Positions 40,627 through 51,857 of a stretch of 64,000 nucleotides of DNA are shown here, one piece after another. This DNA is from Dehalococcoidia bacterium. GTDB lineage: Bacteria > Chloroflexota > Dehalococcoidia > Bin125. How positions within the stretch are numbered: the stretch's first letter is position 1; each line of letters begins with the position of its first letter. Where the stretch lies: positions 64,001-128,000 of the forward strand of contig CAXXSR010000001.1 of assembly GCA_963662615.2 (NCBI GenBank), written 5' to 3'. The notes below the pieces were generated by a model. It had not been told where the DNA came from. It searched no databases and was given only the letters and a program-made list of their open reading frames with translations. Position numbers and translations under genes: made by a program.

Positions 40627-41615
40627 ATGGCGCGGAAGTATCTCCTGTCGATCGACGGTGGCGGGATCCGCGGAATCATTCCCACGGTCGTGCTAGCGAA
40701 GCTCGAAGAGCAGACGGAGAAGCCCACGCGAGAGACGTTCTCGTTTCTCGCAGGCACGTCGACGGGGTCGTTGATCGCGGGTGCCTTGGCGGCGGGGATT
40801 CCCGCCAGAGACCTCTTGACCCTCTATCGCAGCAGGGGGCCAGATATATTCAGGAGCACGCCGATCCTCGGGCAGATCCGCCGGTTCGTCGCTGGCTGGC
40901 AGTACAGCACGGACACGCTGTACGCCGTCGCGCGCGAGGCCCTCGGCCCCGCGCCGAACATTGAGCTCAACGACCTACCGGTCGATGTCTTCATCACGTC
41001 GAAGCGGGTGGCGGACGGATCGGCCTGGTATCTGGTGAAGGACAAGGATCCGGCGGGGCAGTTCAAGGGCAACTCGCGGCGAACAGGCGGGCTGCGTCTA
41101 GCGGAGTGCGTGACGGCATCGTCGGCCGCGCCTACCTACCACAAGCCGTGGACGATCCAGCACGACCCCCTCGCCGACGACGGACGAGCTCCGATCGGCG
41201 CGTTGGTGGATGGGGGCGTCGGCATCGCGCGAAACCCAGTGCTGGAAGCCTGCTTCGAGGCCTTCCACTTCACTGGTGACTACGACGAGGCTGAGACGAC
41301 CATCGTGTCGTTAGGAACCGGTTGGGCAGAGAGCCAGAAGCGCACCGGCCCGGGTGGATTCTGGAGTGGCTGACTTGGGTGTTGGGCGAGGCTCTCAGCG
41401 AGCCTGCCGAGCAGCAGACTCGCATGGTGCCACATACGTTTGAGAGGGCGACCTTCTACCGCATCGACTACCAGATGCAACGATCGATCGGTCCGGACAA
41501 GGTGAAAGAGATCGAAACGCTCGTCGGCTACGGCGAACAGCTCGCCAACCAGGTCGACTGGAAGGACATCCTGGCCGGGAAGGAGACCGTTCACTTCGTC
41601 TCCGCGCCGAAGTGA
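40627..41615 (+). pseudogene. Patatin-like phospholipase, frameshifted near 41350
   Basis: DGGGIRG, GTSTG, SSAAPTY and DGG motifs; C-terminus continues in another frame (WILEWL..FYRID). Confidence 0.82.
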
Positions 41616-41980
41616 AGGTTGAGCGCGGCAGCATCGGCCTTGTATCGCGCCCTAGTGGCCCTCGCGCCGGCGTTCGGCCTGAAATCTGCGGCATGGTCAC
41701 TTCACAACTGTCCAGGCTAAGTGTCGAGATTCCAGCCTGCATTGACCAGACGGGTGCATGCCAGGTGGCTACGAGCACAGTAATGATCGAGATACGACAC
41801 TGCAGACATGTAATCGCTGTACTGGCTCACCGGCGCGCTTCATCGTCGAAGGCGCAAGGGGCTTCACTAGCCGTATCACGCTAGTACGAGACCGCACTCG
41901 CGCATCTCGATCAGTGCTCTACGAGTTCCGCACCAGGCGGGTATGCGCTGCGCAACGTCAGCTCTCTGCGGAGGGGAACC

Positions 41981-43036
41981 ATGCCTTTCTTCTACCGGCT
42001 TGACGAGTCGGATCCGGCGCTCAACGCACCCCGAACTGCGGCGAATCTCATCGATCTGCGTGTCCAGCTCGATCGCGACGTGCCCCCGAAGACCGTCCTT
42101 GAACGGCTCCTCCTGGCGACATGGAACATTCAGGCGTTTGGGACTACCAATCGCCTCGAAGAAAGCTACTGGTATATCGCAGAGATCCTGTCGCGATTCG
42201 ACCTGATCGCGATCCAAGAGATCAAAGGGGACCTCTCGGCGCTGGATCAAGTCCGCGCCCTCCTGGGGGATTGGTGGGACTACATCGTCACGGACGTGAC
42301 AGAGGGGAGCGCGGGCAACAACGAACGCCTGGGCTTCCTCTTCGACACGCGCAAGGTGGAGTTCGGTGGGATCGCTGGGGAGATCGTGCTCCCGCCGCTC
42401 AAGGACGCCAAAGGACGCTCTGTCGCACCGGATCAGATCTTTCGTACACCGTTCGTGGCCGGCTTCCGCGCCGGTTGGTTCGACTTCATGTTGGCGACGG
42501 CACACATTCGGTTCGGCAAGAACAAGCGCGCGGATCCGGCCCGGGTGATGGAGATCCGGCAGGTGGCGGATTTCTTGGCGAAGCGCGGGTCGCGAACGAG
42601 CACCTGGTCCCCAAACCTCGTTCTGCTGGGGGACTTCAATATCTTCGATGAATCCAGCCCGGCGATGGACGCGCTACTCGACGCGGGATTCACCGTCCCG
42701 CGGGCACTCTCACAGGTGCCGTCCTCGAACGTTGGAGCCCAGCCACGACGATACGACCAGATCGCGTTCCGGCTGAGCGGCCAGCCACAACTCCAGCCGA
42801 CACAGGCGGGAGTGCTGGACTACTTCGAGTCGGTCTACACGGACGACAAGTTCGGTTCCTATGCACCCGGCTTGACGAGGGCCGACGGATCGGTCCCGAC
42901 CGACAAGCGGCGCTACTACCAGAACCACTGGCGTCGTCGTGAGATGTCGGACCACCTGCTGCTGTGGGCTGAGATCCCGATCGAGTTTGCGGACCCTTAC
43001 CTGCGGAAACATGCGGACGCCGGGCCCTCCAGGTGA
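41981..43036 (+). CDS. Endonuclease/exonuclease/phosphatase family protein
   Basis: ATWNI, IQE, GDFN, YDQI and SDH motifs. Confidence 0.9.
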   Translation: MPFFYRLDESDPALNAPRTAANLIDLRVQLDRDVPPKTVLERLLLATWNIQAFGTTNRLEESYWYIAEILSRFDLIAIQEIKGDLSALDQVRALLGDWWDYIVTDVTEGSAGNNERLGFLFDTRKVEFGGIAGEIVLPPLKDAKGRSVAPDQIFRTPFVAGFRAGWFDFMLATAHIRFGKNKRADPARVMEIRQVADFLAKRGSRTSTWSPNLVLLGDFNIFDESSPAMDALLDAGFTVPRALSQVPSSNVGAQPRRYDQIAFRLSGQPQLQPTQAGVLDYFESVYTDDKFGSYAPGLTRADGSVPTDKRRYYQNHWRRREMSDHLLLWAEIPIEFADPYLRKHADAGPSR

Positions 43037-43090
43037 CGCGCGCTCGATCGCCGTCATCCCAACCCACGTGGTAGGGGGTCAAGTGTTCCG

Positions 43091-43888
43091 TCAGAGGACC
43101 GCGCCGTAGGCTTCCGTGAACGCGGCCTGCGCATAGTCGTTGGAGGCGGAGGCGAAACCCCGGTCGCCCCACGACGTCCCCCAGCTGTTGCGGACGATGA
43201 AGTGGTCCGGCGTATAGCCGACGATCGAGACGGCGTGCCCACCGCGTGCGGTGTTGGACTGGTAGACATCGAGTCGTCCCTTTGTCGCTCGTGCGCGGTC
43301 CCAGGTGCGATCGACGTTGAGACGCGCCAGGATGGGTCCCTGCTGTGCGAGCCACCGCCGCCAGTCTTGGAGATCGACGCCGAGGTTGTGATAGCTCGCG
43401 ATGCGAAGACGCGCTGCCTTGGTGTAGAAGGCGGCCACTGAGAGCTTGGCGAGCCCACCGTACAAGGGGAGATCTTCCTCAAGGACGCAGCCATACGTGC
43501 GGGCGACCGAGAGCGCGAGCTTTGTCTGCGTCCCGGCCGACTCGATAAAGGTCGTTGGGTAGGCCGTGATGTCGTCGGTTTCCTTGTTCGCCATCCAGAT
43601 GAAACGCGGTGCGGGACGGTCTCGCCCGCGGATCAGCTTCTCCTTGACGTAGTGCCAGTGCAGAACGCCGTCCGCCGCGGCGAAACCAACACACGCCCCG
43701 GTCGTGCCTTGGTTGCGTATCCGCCACCATGGCGCTCGGAGATCCCGCGCTTTGGGGATGCGGGTGCTTCTGGGCACGATCCCAGCCGATACGGCGTCGC
43801 CCAGGGTCCAATCGTTCTCCCGTCCTACGGATGAGACACAGTTGAGAACGAATTGACGGGTGCTCGGTTGCGTTCGAGCGGCGGGCAT
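43091..43888 (-). CDS. Papain-like C1 cysteine peptidase
   Basis: QGTTGACVGFA, GGHAVSIVGY and RNSWGTSWG motifs. Confidence 0.9.
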   Translation of the reverse strand: MPAARTQPSTRQFVLNCVSSVGRENDWTLGDAVSAGIVPRSTRIPKARDLRAPWWRIRNQGTTGACVGFAAADGVLHWHYVKEKLIRGRDRPAPRFIWMANKETDDITAYPTTFIESAGTQTKLALSVARTYGCVLEEDLPLYGGLAKLSVAAFYTKAARLRIASYHNLGVDLQDWRRWLAQQGPILARLNVDRTWDRARATKGRLDVYQSNTARGGHAVSIVGYTPDHFIVRNSWGTSWGDRGFASASNDYAQAAFTEAYGAVL

Positions 43889-44084
43889 CGCTGTCTCCGA
43901 TCTGTACAGCGCCAGGTAGGTGTGCCGGCAAGTCTAGCCGAAACAGTGCTCGCCAAAGAAACTCCATCAGTGACGCTTGGGCCCGGCGTTGTGAGCCGGA
44001 GGAGCGCCGACATGGACGAGCAGACGGGAGTCGCGGCGCGCGATCCGATCGCCACATCATCATCGACTCGACGGTGCTGGACAC

Positions 44085-44607
44085 AGTCGGCGGCGTAGCG
44101 ATGGACGCGGGAGTTGCCGTAGCCGTCGCTCACAAAGATGTCGCCGTTGGCCTGGGAGATGGCGCGGTCAGTGGGCTTGTTGAAGGGGTCGCCGCTCTGG
44201 GGTGGCGCCGGGTCGCCGCTGCCGAGCGTCATCACCGTCGTGCCCGCGCGGTCGGTCTTGGTCAGTTTGTGCGTGTGCACGTCCACGAGCCAGAGGTAAT
44301 CGTCGGGGTCGACGCGCACGGAGTGGGGCCAGCCGAAGCGGACACCGCGCTAGACCAGGCGGGTGACGCCATAGGGGTCGACGATCTCGTCCATGTCGCC
44401 GTGCGGCGTGTCGTTGCCCCAGTGGTCGATCATGTGGCCGTCGGCGTCGAATACCAGCATGGGCATGTTGCCCCGGTTGAAAACGTAGACGCGGTCCTGG
44501 GAGTCCACGGCGACCGCGGTAGCCTCGCGGAGCCAGAAGCCGTGTGGGATCTTGGCCCAGCCCGGTACCGGCTCGTAGGTCGTGGCGGTGGTGGGGGGTC
44601 CCGGCAT
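44085..44607 (-). pseudogene. NHL-repeat (PAL-like) protein, truncated, with an in-frame TAG at 44350-44352
   Basis: VAVDSQDRVYVFNRG, FNKPTD and FVSDGYGNSRVH motifs. Confidence 0.8.
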
Positions 44608-44796
44608 GGTTCTCGTCCTCCCTGCTTGGTGGGCGCGCCCGTCGCTGCGCGGCTCGCTACGCAGGGTACTGCGTTCGCGCTTCTTGGAAACCGGCGGATC
44701 GAAGGCGCCCTGGACCAGAGCCGCGGAGGGAGGCGCCTCTCAGTCCCTGGCGCGACGATGGGTCTGGCGCGCGGGGCGTGTTCGGTCACTCTGTTG

Positions 44797-45838
44797 GATC
44801 GGATTTCGTACAGACCTGTCCGCCATAGGATTGGACACAGTGTCGGCGGAAACGGCGCCGCTTCCAGAACCGCACTCCGTCGTGCCTGAGTTGGAACTGG
44901 ATGTTGGACCGCGTGGTGCGCTACCCCGACCGTGTGCCCAGGTTGGGGGCACAGCGCTTACGCTCTTGCTGGGACTCTGCACGGTCTCCACGACTGCCCA
45001 GCGGGCGCCCTTTCCAAAGCTGAATTTCTATCCGGGACCGGACTGGTCGATATTGACTCCGACTCGCCGTCCATGTACCGGCACTCCCAAATAACTCGGA
45101 TACGCCGCTACGCTCAAGGGGGCGCACGGCGCAACGGGTATCGGGGGGGCATGGCGAGTCCCACGGCCCCTGCCACGATTCGAGAGGGGAGCGAACGCGG
45201 ATGCAATGCCCGCGGGACGGCGCGGAGCTCCGGGTGGAGCATGTGCACGACATTGAGGTGGACCACTGCCCGCAATGCAACGGCCGCTGGCTGGACCACC
45301 ACGAGTTGGACGAACTCGAAGCGACGCGTGCCGGTGAGGATGAACGGCGCGGGATGGTCCAGTACGCCAAGCGCGACTCAGAGCTGGACTGCCCAATTTG
45401 CGGCGAGCGCATGACAGCATTCAACTATCGCGCCTACGACTTGGAGCTCGACACGTGCCGGAGCGAGCACGGCTTCTGGCTGGACGCCGGCGAGGACGGC
45501 CGGGTACGGGACGTCATCGACGAGCGGGTCCGCGGGCTGCAGCGCGCCGCCTCCGCGGAGGCGGCCTGGGCCGGCTTCCTCGATGGGTTGCGCGGTGGCG
45601 GTTCGGGCGGCGGTTCCGGCGGCGTCTGGAGCAGGGTGCGGTCATTCTTTGGCGGCCGTCGGCGCTAAAGCGAGAGGCATCGACGCCAAGCCCCCGAGAA
45701 CGGGATCCTCATGAGTCATTTCGGACCAGCACATTCCGCGGGCGGCTTTCCCAGGGCGCGCTCCATTTCGGACAGCCGCAGGGGGTCGATCATTTCAGAG
45801 TCGAACTCTGTCTCGGACAGGACTGTTCGACATTGAGA
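44797..45838. repeat. Palindromic repeat copies flanking the zinc-ribbon gene
   Basis: Copies at 44797, 45022 and 45803-45838. Confidence 0.78.
45201..45668 (+). CDS. zf-TFIIB double zinc-ribbon protein
   Basis: CPRD..DHCPQCNGRWLD..EL; CPIC..DTC...HGFWLDAGE. Confidence 0.87.
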   Translation: MQCPRDGAELRVEHVHDIEVDHCPQCNGRWLDHHELDELEATRAGEDERRGMVQYAKRDSELDCPICGERMTAFNYRAYDLELDTCRSEHGFWLDAGEDGRVRDVIDERVRGLQRAASAEAAWAGFLDGLRGGGSGGGSGGVWSRVRSFFGGRRR

Positions 45839-45951
45839 CCGACACGCCGTCGCAGCGTGTACCCTCCTCAAAGTCTCACCGGGCCGACCTGGGAGTTTGA
45901 TCGAGCGGACGGCGCTCAATGGCGTCCCCTGAGGCCGAGGAGCGATCGGCG

Positions 45952-47370
45952 ATGGAACTAGATCCCATCGTCTTGCGACCGGCCCTGGAGATCGCCGCCC
46001 TGATCCGCGCCCGCCATCTTTCCGTGCAGGATGTGGTTCAGGCGCATCTCAACCAGATCGAGAAGATCAATCCCCTCGTCAACGCTATTTGCACGTTCAT
46101 TCCAGACGATGCCATGCGCGACGCCGCCGCAGCCGACGACGCCCTGGCCACAGGCGAGGCGATCGGTCCGCTGTTCGGGCTGCCGGTCGCCATCAAAGAT
46201 CTCGTTCCCACCAAGGGCATCCGCACGACGTACGGCTCCCCAATCTATGCGAACAACGTTCCGGACTGCGACGCGCTGCTCGTGGAGCGGTTGCGAGGCG
46301 CGGGCGCCATCATCGTCGGCAAGACCAACACGCCGGAGTTCGGCGCGGGGTCGCAGACCTTTAACAAGCTCTTCGGCGAGACGCTTAATCCTTACGACCT
46401 GACCAGGACCTGCGGCGGCAGCAGCGGCGGGGCCGCGGTCGCCCTGGCCACCGGCATGCTGCCCATCGCCGACGGATCGGACCTGGGCGGTTCGCTGCGC
46501 AACCCAGCGAGCTTCTGCAACGTCGTGGGGTTCCGTCCCTCGCCTGGACGCGTCCCCACCTGGCCCAAGTTACACGCGTGGTCACCGCTGGCGGTCCAGG
46601 GGCCCATGGCCCGGACCGTTCAGGACGTCGCCTTGATGTTGACGGCCCTGGCCGGCCCCGACCCGCGAGCGCCGCTGGCCAATCCCGAGCCCCCAGCGCG
46701 CTTCGCCGTCCCCCTCGACCGCGACTTTGCCGGGACCCGCATCGCCTGGAGTCGCACCCTGAATCGCTACCCCGTGGATCCGGTCGTCACCCAGACGATC
46801 GACGCGCAGCGCGCGACGTTCGAGCAGCTGGGCTGCGTCGTCGAGGATGCCGCCCCCGACGTCTCCAACGCGGACGAGATCTTTCAGGTCTTGCGTGCCT
46901 GGACCTTCGCCAACGCCTACGCGGACGACCTGCGGCGTCATCGTGCGCTGATCAAGGACACAGTGATCTGGAATACCGAGAAAGGGTTGGCGCTCGACGC
47001 GCTGACCATCGCACAAGCCGAGACCAAGCGAACCGATCTATACCACCGCGTGCGCGAGTTCATGGCGGACTACGAGTATCTCGTCCTGCCCGTGAGCCCC
47101 GTCCCTCCGTTCCCAGTGGAGCAGCGCTGGGTGACTGAGGTCGACGGGGTGCCGATGCAGACGTACATCGACTGGATGGCGCTCTGCTACGCCATCACGA
47201 TCACGGGGCTCCCGTCCATCTCCGTGCCTTGCGGATTCACGCCGGACGGCCTCCCCATCGGCGTGCAGATCGTCGGACGCCACCAGGCCGATCTCGAGGT
47301 GTTACAGCTGGCCCACGCGTTCGAGGCGGCGACGGGATTCGGGAAGCGGCGCCCGCCGATCCTCGGCTGA
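45952..47370 (+). CDS. Amidase signature family amidase
   Basis: KD, GGSSGG and GSDLGGSLRNPA motifs. Confidence 0.93.
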   Translation: MELDPIVLRPALEIAALIRARHLSVQDVVQAHLNQIEKINPLVNAICTFIPDDAMRDAAAADDALATGEAIGPLFGLPVAIKDLVPTKGIRTTYGSPIYANNVPDCDALLVERLRGAGAIIVGKTNTPEFGAGSQTFNKLFGETLNPYDLTRTCGGSSGGAAVALATGMLPIADGSDLGGSLRNPASFCNVVGFRPSPGRVPTWPKLHAWSPLAVQGPMARTVQDVALMLTALAGPDPRAPLANPEPPARFAVPLDRDFAGTRIAWSRTLNRYPVDPVVTQTIDAQRATFEQLGCVVEDAAPDVSNADEIFQVLRAWTFANAYADDLRRHRALIKDTVIWNTEKGLALDALTIAQAETKRTDLYHRVREFMADYEYLVLPVSPVPPFPVEQRWVTEVDGVPMQTYIDWMALCYAITITGLPSISVPCGFTPDGLPIGVQIVGRHQADLEVLQLAHAFEAATGFGKRRPPILG

Positions 47371-47478
47371 GGCGGCGTACGGGCATCGACGTCAGTGGGT
47401 CCTGCGACAGCGATCCGCTCTAGCCGACCGCGGGCGGCGTTAAAGGGAGCGGCGTGCGGTGTACATGGGTCGGATGTC

Positions 47479-48284
47479 GGACTCTATCTCGGACAGATCT
47501 GTCGGAGATAGAGTCCGAGACGCCGTCGGCGGGGAGTCCCCGCACCACCGGGGCCTCCAAGGTCCTGTTCTCAGTCGGACATGCCACCCCGACATCGAGT
47601 CCAGTTGAACGGATCTTGACCGGCTCTGGTGCACGAGTTCATAATCCCGACGACGACCGCGGCGCAGACCCCTCAAACGAGGGGAGCTAGCTGTCGTGAA
47701 AAAACACTTGGACTAGCGGACTCCTCTGGACCCAACTGTTCTGTAGGTCCTTGTCAGTCACACTGTCGGCGAGCGTGGTCATGCCGCGCAGGATCCGGAG
47801 CCTCTCTTCGGGATCGATCACCGGGATTGCCGTGGCAGGCAGGTTTGCCTGCGCCGACCGCTTGAGATGGAACGTAAAGTTCGGATTGGCAAGAAGGTTC
47901 GCATACCAACTTCGATGTCCCGGACTCCCCGTGATGTAATAGCGCTGCGCCACGCGATGGAACCAGATCTCGATACGGCGGGGCTCTCCGCTCCGTCGTC
48001 CGGTGGTCGTGATATCTATCAGCCGGTCTTCGTGGAGCGCCGCTCTGATCGCGTCACCCATGGTCGTCTCCCATGCCAGCCGTTGTAGTCTATTAGGTGC
48101 GCGTACCCGACTCTAGGTCGGATTGATCTATCCGAAGAAGACTCGGACGCAGCGGCCTGGCGCTCCTCGTGGGCCCTGGCTGCCGGCGGCGATCAGCCGA
48201 TGCACGCCGCTCTCCAAAGGCGATCTCTATCTCGGTCAGCACTGTTCTGCACCGCGTCGAGAACAGGACTGTGCGAGATCCAAT
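47479..48284. repeat. Palindromic repeat copies (about 5)
   Basis: Near-perfect copy at 47479-47516; others at about 47566, 48109, 48222 and 48255. Confidence 0.82.
47687..48061 (-). CDS. Deazaflavin (F420)-dependent nitroreductase family protein
   Basis: ITTTGRRSGEPR..W and WYANLLANP motifs. Confidence 0.85.
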   Translation of the reverse strand: MGDAIRAALHEDRLIDITTTGRRSGEPRRIEIWFHRVAQRYYITGSPGHRSWYANLLANPNFTFHLKRSAQANLPATAIPVIDPEERLRILRGMTTLADSVTDKDLQNSWVQRSPLVQVFFHDS

Positions 48285-48287
48285 ATG

Positions 48288-48615
48288 GCGTAGTTTTCCG
48301 CGGGGACGGGGACGGCCCGTTGTTCCTCACGATCGACCGGCCCCAGAAACCGCGCGGGCCGATGAACAAGTACCTTCTCGGGACCCTGTTTACCCGGCTT
48401 GGGGAGCGGGCCGGCGTGCATGCCACCCCGGTTCGCTTCCGGCACACCTGCGCGACCTGGGCGATCGAGAACCACGCCGGGAACTCGACGTGCAGTTCCT
48501 GCTCGGCCACTCCCCGTCGGCGATGGTGCGCCGGTACTCCGCCACCTATGATGCGACGAAGGCCGCCGAGGCGCAGGCAGCGTTCACCCCGGCAGCGCGC
48601 CTGCTCGGAGCGTGA
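48288..48615 (+). pseudogene. Tyrosine recombinase C-terminal remnant (same family as 33490)
   Basis: PLFLT..LFTRLGERAGVHATPVRFRHTCATW / LDVQFLLGHS..MVRRY; frameshifted. Confidence 0.88.
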
Positions 48616-48699
48616 TCGCTCGGGAATGGCATCTATACTTGGCCGCAGCGTGAGAAGATCCGTGACGATGCTGCTGCCGCAGTGGAGAGAGGGCAAGCC

Positions 48700-49533
48700 A
48701 TGGTGACGATCGACGCCCAGGTTCATTCCTATGAACGCGACCATCCGGGTCGCCCCTGGGCCGGCGTGCTCCACGGCCCGCCGGAAGCCACCGGCGATCA
48801 GATGGTCGCCGCGATGGATGAAGTCGGAGTGGACGGCGCGATTCTGGTCTCACCGTTCACCATGTACCAATACGATGCGAGCTATGCGCTCGACGTCTAT
48901 GCCAAGCACCCGACGCGGTTCCGACTGATCAAGCCGGTGGACCCATCCGACCCCGCGGTGGCCGACACGATTGCCGACTGGGCCGCGACCACGGGTACCG
49001 TCGCCATTCGCATCATGCTGACCCGCGGCGCGTCTGAGGACCCCGCCGATCCAGGCCTCAACCACGTGCTGGCCACCGCCGCGCGCCATTCGCTGCCGGT
49101 CAACCTAGCGTGCTCGGGCCGGCTGGACCAAGTGAAGCAGATGGCGGCGCGCAACCCCAACACGACGCTGGTGATCGACCATCTAGGGCTGCAGCAGCCG
49201 TTCGATCCGCCCGCGCCAGCCAACCCGTTCGGCGACCTGCCGAGCGTTCTGGCCCTGGCGGAGTTGCCCAACGTCCGCATCAAGATCAGCGGCGCCTGCA
49301 CGCTGTCGCACCAGCCCTTCCCGTACAACGATCTCTGGGACCCGCTGGCGCGCATCTTCGACGCGTTCGGCATGAACCGCTGCCTGTGGGGCACGGACTG
49401 GACGCGCGCCACCGCCCTGCTCACCTACAAGGAAGGCGTTGAGGCGTTCCGAGTCAGCGACCGCCTGTCCGGCAGCGACAAGGCGGCGTTGATGGGCGGG
49501 ACCCTGCAAGAGGTCTACGACTGGAAGGACTGA
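48700..49533 (+). CDS. Amidohydrolase_2 family protein
   Basis: IDAQVH, VIDHLG, KISG and WGTDWT motifs. Confidence 0.9.
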   Translation: MVTIDAQVHSYERDHPGRPWAGVLHGPPEATGDQMVAAMDEVGVDGAILVSPFTMYQYDASYALDVYAKHPTRFRLIKPVDPSDPAVADTIADWAATTGTVAIRIMLTRGASEDPADPGLNHVLATAARHSLPVNLACSGRLDQVKQMAARNPNTTLVIDHLGLQQPFDPPAPANPFGDLPSVLALAELPNVRIKISGACTLSHQPFPYNDLWDPLARIFDAFGMNRCLWGTDWTRATALLTYKEGVEAFRVSDRLSGSDKAALMGGTLQEVYDWKD

Positions 49534-49562
49534 GCCGGGCGCTTTTCGCCGCCTGCGCCCCG

Positions 49563-49582
49563 CGGGGTTTTGGGCCGCCACA
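49563..49582 (-). mobile_element. Solo IS terminal repeat
   Basis: CGGGGTTTTGGGCCGCCACA compared with the IS right end TGGGGTTTTGGGCCGGCACA. Confidence 0.75.
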
Positions 49583-49781
49583 CCACCTGGGAACGGGAAA
49601 GGCGCTGTCGGTTCATCGAAGAGATCGTGCCGGAGTGTTTCCAGGCCATCACCGATCACTGTCTCTGCGAACGCGGCGGCAGAACTCGCGCGGGTCAACG
49701 CCTACGCTATAAGCACCATCGCGCTGACGGACTGTCCCTCGGCGGCGAATTCCATCCATCGGGCGGACCGGAACGATATTC

Positions 49782-51608
49782 ATGCCTAGGCGCGACGATT
49801 TACGGAATGTGGCGATCATCGCTCACGTCGATCACGGAAAGACGACACTCATCGACGCCATGCTGCGCGAATCGGGGTCATTCGCCGCACATCAAGAGAT
49901 CGCCGACCGGGTGATGGACTCGATGGATCTGGAGCGCGAGAAGGGCATCACCATCCTCGCCAAGAACACTGCGGTTCACTACGGCAGTACCAAGGTCAAC
50001 ATCGTTGACACGCCGGGCCACGCCGACTTCGGTGGCGAAGTGGAACGTGGCCTGACGATGGTCGACGGCGCCCTCCTGCTCGTGGACGCGAGCGAAGGTC
50101 CACTCCCGCAAACGCGGTTCGTGCTGCGCAAGGCGCTGGAATCGCGCCTCGCGATCGTTCTCGTGATCAACAAGATTGACCGTCCCGACGCGCGTATCAA
50201 AGAAGTGGTCGACGAAGTCTACGAACTCTTCTTTGACCTCGACGCCGACCATTCGCAGATTAATTTTCCTATCGTCTATTGCAACGCCCGCGCCGGCACT
50301 GCGACGCTTGATCAAGCGACACCCGGCACGGACCTGCACCCCCTCCTCGACATCCTGCTGGAAACGATTCCGGCACCGACATTCACCGAGGGTTCGCGCC
50401 TGCAGGCGCTTGTTACCAACTTGGATGCCTCCCCGTATCTGGGGCGGATCGCAATTTGCCGGGTGTACGAGGGCACCATCCAGAAGGGGCAGATGGTCAC
50501 GCGCTGCCGCGCCGATGGGTCGCAGCAGCTCGTCAAGATCACTGAGCTGCTCATCACCGAGGCGCTGGAGCGAATCGACGCTGACCAAGCCGGCCCCGGG
50601 GAGATCATCGCGATCGCCGGAATCCCGGACATCACGATCGGCGAGACCCTGGCGGACGCAGAGAACCCGATCCCGTTGCCGGTCATCCGCATCGACGAGC
50701 CCAGTCTGGCGATGACGATCGGCGTCAACACCTCGCCACTGGCCGGCCAGGACGGCACGGAGCTGACCGGCCGATTGGTGAAGAGTCGCCTTGACGCGGA
50801 GGTTGTTGGCAACGTCTCCATTCGCGTCCTGCCTGCTGAGCCTCCCGATACCTGGATCGTGGAGGGTCGCGGCGAACTCCAGCTCGCCGTGTTGGTCGAG
50901 ACGATGCGCCGCGAGGGCTTCGAACTGACCGTGGGAAAACCCGAGGTCGTGACGCGCGAGATCGACGGCCGGCTCCATGAGCCCGTCGAGCGTCTCTCCG
51001 TCGATGTGCCGGAGGAGTACATGGGGGCGGTCACGCAGATCCTCGGTCCCCGCAAGGGGCGCCTGGAGCGGATGATCAACCATGGCAACGGCCGCGTGCG
51101 AACGGAATACATTGTCCCCGCGCGGGGTCTGATCGGCTTCCACACCGCCTTCCTCACGGAGACGCGCGGAACGGGAATTCTTCACCACGTCTTTGAGGGT
51201 TACGAACCTTGGTACGGCGACCTGCGACTCCGTCCCACCGCGAGCCTGGTCGCCGACCGCAGCGGAGCCAGCAGTGCCTACGCACTGCTCAATTTGCAGG
51301 AGCGCGGTGTCATGTTCATCGGCCCCGGCGTCGCCGTGTACGAGGGCATGATCATTGGCGAGAACGCGCGCTCGGACGATATGAATGTTAATCCGACCAA
51401 GGAGAGGAAGCAGTCGAACGTGCGATCCTCCACCAAGGAGGAGACGGCGAAGCTCATTCCTCCACGCCTGCTCTCGCTTGAACAAGCGCTTGAGTTCATC
51501 CGCGAGGACGAGTGTCTCGAGATCACGCCGCGAACGGTACGGCTCCGTAAGGTCGAATTGCGCCAGGGTGTGCGCGGACGAAAGCGAAGTGAGACGCGAG
51601 GACGTTGA
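49782..51608 (+). CDS. typA: Translational GTPase TypA/BipA
   Basis: [39 protein letters not shown] and GRGELQL motifs; BipA C-terminal domain. Confidence 0.97.
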   Translation: MPRRDDLRNVAIIAHVDHGKTTLIDAMLRESGSFAAHQEIADRVMDSMDLEREKGITILAKNTAVHYGSTKVNIVDTPGHADFGGEVERGLTMVDGALLLVDASEGPLPQTRFVLRKALESRLAIVLVINKIDRPDARIKEVVDEVYELFFDLDADHSQINFPIVYCNARAGTATLDQATPGTDLHPLLDILLETIPAPTFTEGSRLQALVTNLDASPYLGRIAICRVYEGTIQKGQMVTRCRADGSQQLVKITELLITEALERIDADQAGPGEIIAIAGIPDITIGETLADAENPIPLPVIRIDEPSLAMTIGVNTSPLAGQDGTELTGRLVKSRLDAEVVGNVSIRVLPAEPPDTWIVEGRGELQLAVLVETMRREGFELTVGKPEVVTREIDGRLHEPVERLSVDVPEEYMGAVTQILGPRKGRLERMINHGNGRVRTEYIVPARGLIGFHTAFLTETRGTGILHHVFEGYEPWYGDLRLRPTASLVADRSGASSAYALLNLQERGVMFIGPGVAVYEGMIIGENARSDDMNVNPTKERKQSNVRSSTKEETAKLIPPRLLSLEQALEFIREDECLEITPRTVRLRKVELRQGVRGRKRSETRGR

Positions 51609-51690
51609 TCCAGTCGGACTGACCCCAGCGGTGATCGTTGGTCAACTCAGGTACGGCTCATCAGGTAAGCGTGGTCGCGATGCAAAGTCC

Positions 51691-51727
51691 GACGCTACGC
51701 CGGCCAGATCTGTCCGACATACAGTTC
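51691..51727. repeat. Palindromic repeat copy
   Basis: GACGCTACGCCGGCCAG-AT-CTGTCCGACATACAGTTC. Confidence 0.75.
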
Positions 51728-51857
51728 AGCAGTGGGCAGGGGACGCCGTAGCGAACCTCAGGGGCTTTGAGGAGCCGGTGCGGCCGTTCGAGGTGCGGCG
51801 TTCGAGGTGCAGTGGCGAGACATGCCTGAGGCGGTTGTGAGGGGGAGAAACGACGCC

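Noticed and set aside
21521-44352. TAG recoding (pyrrolysine or alternative code) suggested by in-frame TAGs at 21521, 36550 and 44350
   Set aside because: Contexts imply different residues (probably Tyr, Gln and Trp), each one mutation from TAG; many intact genes end in TAG; no pyl genes are present
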